Position numbers and translations under genes: made by a program
Assembly (NCBI GenBank): GCA_014240005.1
Contig: JAAZXT010000006.1
Coordinates: 1-48,229, forward strand
DNA length: 48,229 bases
Reading direction: 5' to 3'
Origin: Fidelibacterota bacterium
GTDB taxonomy: Bacteria; Fidelibacterota; Marinisomatia; Marinisomatales; Marinisomataceae
Part shown: in pieces, positions 47,623 through 48,229 of the stretch
Layout: every line of letters starts with the position of its first letter
How positions within the stretch are numbered: the first letter of the stretch is position 1
Notes under the pieces: generated by a model
What the model was told of the DNA's origin: nothing
Databases searched by the model: none
Seen by the model: the letters and a program-made list of their open reading frames with translations, nothing else

Positions 47623-47716
47623 AAAGAAGGAGAAATTAATTCTTTTATAGCCTGAAATCAATTGTAAGGAATTATATTTTTTGGAAACTAGCTAGAAGAA
47701 ATTTAACTTAACATAA

Positions 47717-47932
47717 ATGACTAACAAAAATAAACAACCAATTAACTTCAAGTGGCCATACAAAACTAAAAATTATGTTTTGTTTGGGGCCGGAGTTTTC
47801 GTTATAATTGTGGGTTATTTGACAATGTATTTAGGAGAAGTTGACAGCTTTCAAAGTTTAGTCCTTTCTCCTTTGCTTTTATTAATCGGGTATTTAGGTC
47901 TCATTCCATACGCATTATTATATAATAAATAA
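47717..47932 (+). CDS. DUF3098-like small two-TM membrane protein
   Basis: 71 aa with the pattern F.W....NY.L...G..VI.VGY..M followed by a second TM, as I recall for the Bacteroidota-type DUF3098 family. Confidence 0.5.
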   Translation: MTNKNKQPINFKWPYKTKNYVLFGAGVFVIIVGYLTMYLGEVDSFQSLVLSPLLLLIGYLGLIPYALLYNK

Positions 47933-47938
47933 TTATAT

Positions 47939-48012
47939 GGGGTAGTAGTTCAGCTGGTTAGAACGCCGGCCTGTCAAGCCGGAGGTCGCGGGTTCGAGTC
48001 CCGTCTATCCCG
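47939..48012 (+). tRNA. tRNA-Asp (anticodon GTC)
   Basis: Hand-folded cloverleaf. Acceptor GGGGTAG/CTATCCC, D arm GTTC-AGCTGGTTA-GAAC, anticodon arm CCGGC-CTGTCAA-GCCGG (GUC), variable loop AGGTC, T arm GCGGG-TTCGAGT-CCCGT, discriminator G. CCA is not encoded. Confidence 0.9.
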
Positions 48013-48041
48013 CAAATAAATAAAAGCAATAAATACACTAA

Positions 48042-48068
48042 AAAGGAACTTTGATAGTTCCTTTTTTT
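48042..48068 (+). terminator. Rho-independent terminator after tRNA-Asp
   Basis: Perfect 9-bp stem aaaggaact / agttccttt with the 5-nt loop ttgat, running into a T7 tract. Confidence 0.75.
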
Positions 48069-48082
48069 GTAAAACAATTAAA

Positions 48083-48229
48083 ATGAAAAATATTTATCAA
48101 ATTGGAGCTGGAATGGTTGGAAGTGCAATGGCTATTGATCTTTCGAGAAATAACAATCTTTTCCTTGCAGATTATAACCTTAAGACTCTTGAAAATATCC
48201 AATCTAGGAATCACAACATTCAAATATCT
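48083..48229 (+). CDS. Saccharopine-dehydrogenase-like NAD(P)-binding protein, N-terminal 49 aa only (runs off the window)
   Basis: Own translation: MKNIYQIGAGMVGSAMAIDLSRNNNLFLADYNLKTLENIQ..., a GxGxxG Rossmann start. It is open to the window end, and the competing minus-strand ORF has no features. Confidence 0.45.
   Translation, partial: MKNIYQIGAGMVGSAMAIDLSRNNNLFLADYNLKTLENIQSRNHNIQIS

Noticed and set aside
14203-47661. N-terminal extensions in the ORF track that begin with TTG (track starts 14203, 15448, 19811, 22483, 35413, 37894 and 47661)
   Set aside because: In each case a downstream ATG gives the family-typical N-terminus (for example cmk MVITIDGAAG, and nqrB MNFLKK one nucleotide after the nqrA stop codon). 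The shorter models were used. The choice remains uncertain without comparative data.
47623-47716. Minus-to-plus strand switch between mltG and the DUF3098-like gene as a possible replication origin
   Set aside because: The spacer is under 100 nt, there are no DnaA-box clusters (TTATCCACA-like) or AT-rich repeats beyond background, and no dnaA/dnaN lies nearby.
48038-48223. 61-aa minus-strand ORF at the window end
   Set aside because: It spans the tRNA-Asp terminator hairpin. The plus strand here carries an ORF with a clean GxGxxG Rossmann N-terminus starting at 48083, so the plus-strand reading is preferred.
1-48229. Search for CRISPR arrays, IS elements, integrases, inverted terminal repeats or long direct repeats
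   Set aside because: Nothing was seen by eye. Every gap is 124 nt or shorter, and every long ORF has a housekeeping or metabolic assignment. A computational repeat search would be needed to exclude short dispersed repeats.

Overview
Low-GC (about 30% by eye), extremely gene-dense bacterial chromosomal segment. My tally of the gaps gives roughly 97-98% coding; this was not computed exactly. About 50 of 55 genes lie on the minus strand in one almost gap-free run (1-47661). Many neighbours overlap by 1 or 4 nt (TAATG / ATGA), and several genes use GTG or TTG starts. The content is core metabolism and housekeeping. I found no transposase, integrase, phage gene, CRISPR array or obvious defence island.

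Main blocks, in window order:
- A System I cytochrome c maturation cluster, ccmE-F-A-B-C plus two micro-ORFs.
- An acyl-CoA mutase large subunit.
- dxs, pdxST, ispH, nrnA and a PduO-type corrinoid adenosyltransferase.
- An NhaD-like antiporter next to a complete Na+-NQR set: nqrABCDEF, apbE and an untracked nqrM.
- A flavoprotein and proline dehydrogenase divergent pair.
- pepC, nadK, HU, an MltD-like transglycosylase, rfaE-II, plsC, serS and tsaD.
- rpsA, cmk, rluB, scpAB, trpS and an HNH protein.
- A Fur / YhaM-like / outer-membrane barrel trio.
- pcrA/uvrD, mltG, a DUF3098-like protein, tRNA-Asp with its terminator, and the start of a saccharopine-dehydrogenase-like gene.

The bS22-like and DUF3098-like genes hint at an FCB-superphylum-like marine lineage. 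That is a guess only.

Most noteworthy observations:
1. The Ccm system looks like the variant System I. CcmE has CxxxY in place of HxxxY, no ccmG/ccmH lies in the cluster, and an unannotated 29-aa membrane micro-ORF is coupled between ccmF and ccmA.
2. The 'methylmalonyl-CoA mutase' carries the Phe/Gln signature of isobutyryl-CoA-mutase-type enzymes and lacks a B12-binding domain.
3. nqrM is a 53-aa ORF on the opposite strand whose stop overlaps the apbE stop.
4. A 31-aa Lys/Arg-rich bS22-like micro-ORF lies between the HU gene and nadK.
5. A tightly packed Fur - YhaM-like - beta-barrel module contains a YhaM-like protein that appears to have lost nearly all HD-domain metal ligands (HD reads HQ).

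Nothing here can be shown from sequence alone to be a new system. Observations 1 and 5 are the best candidates.
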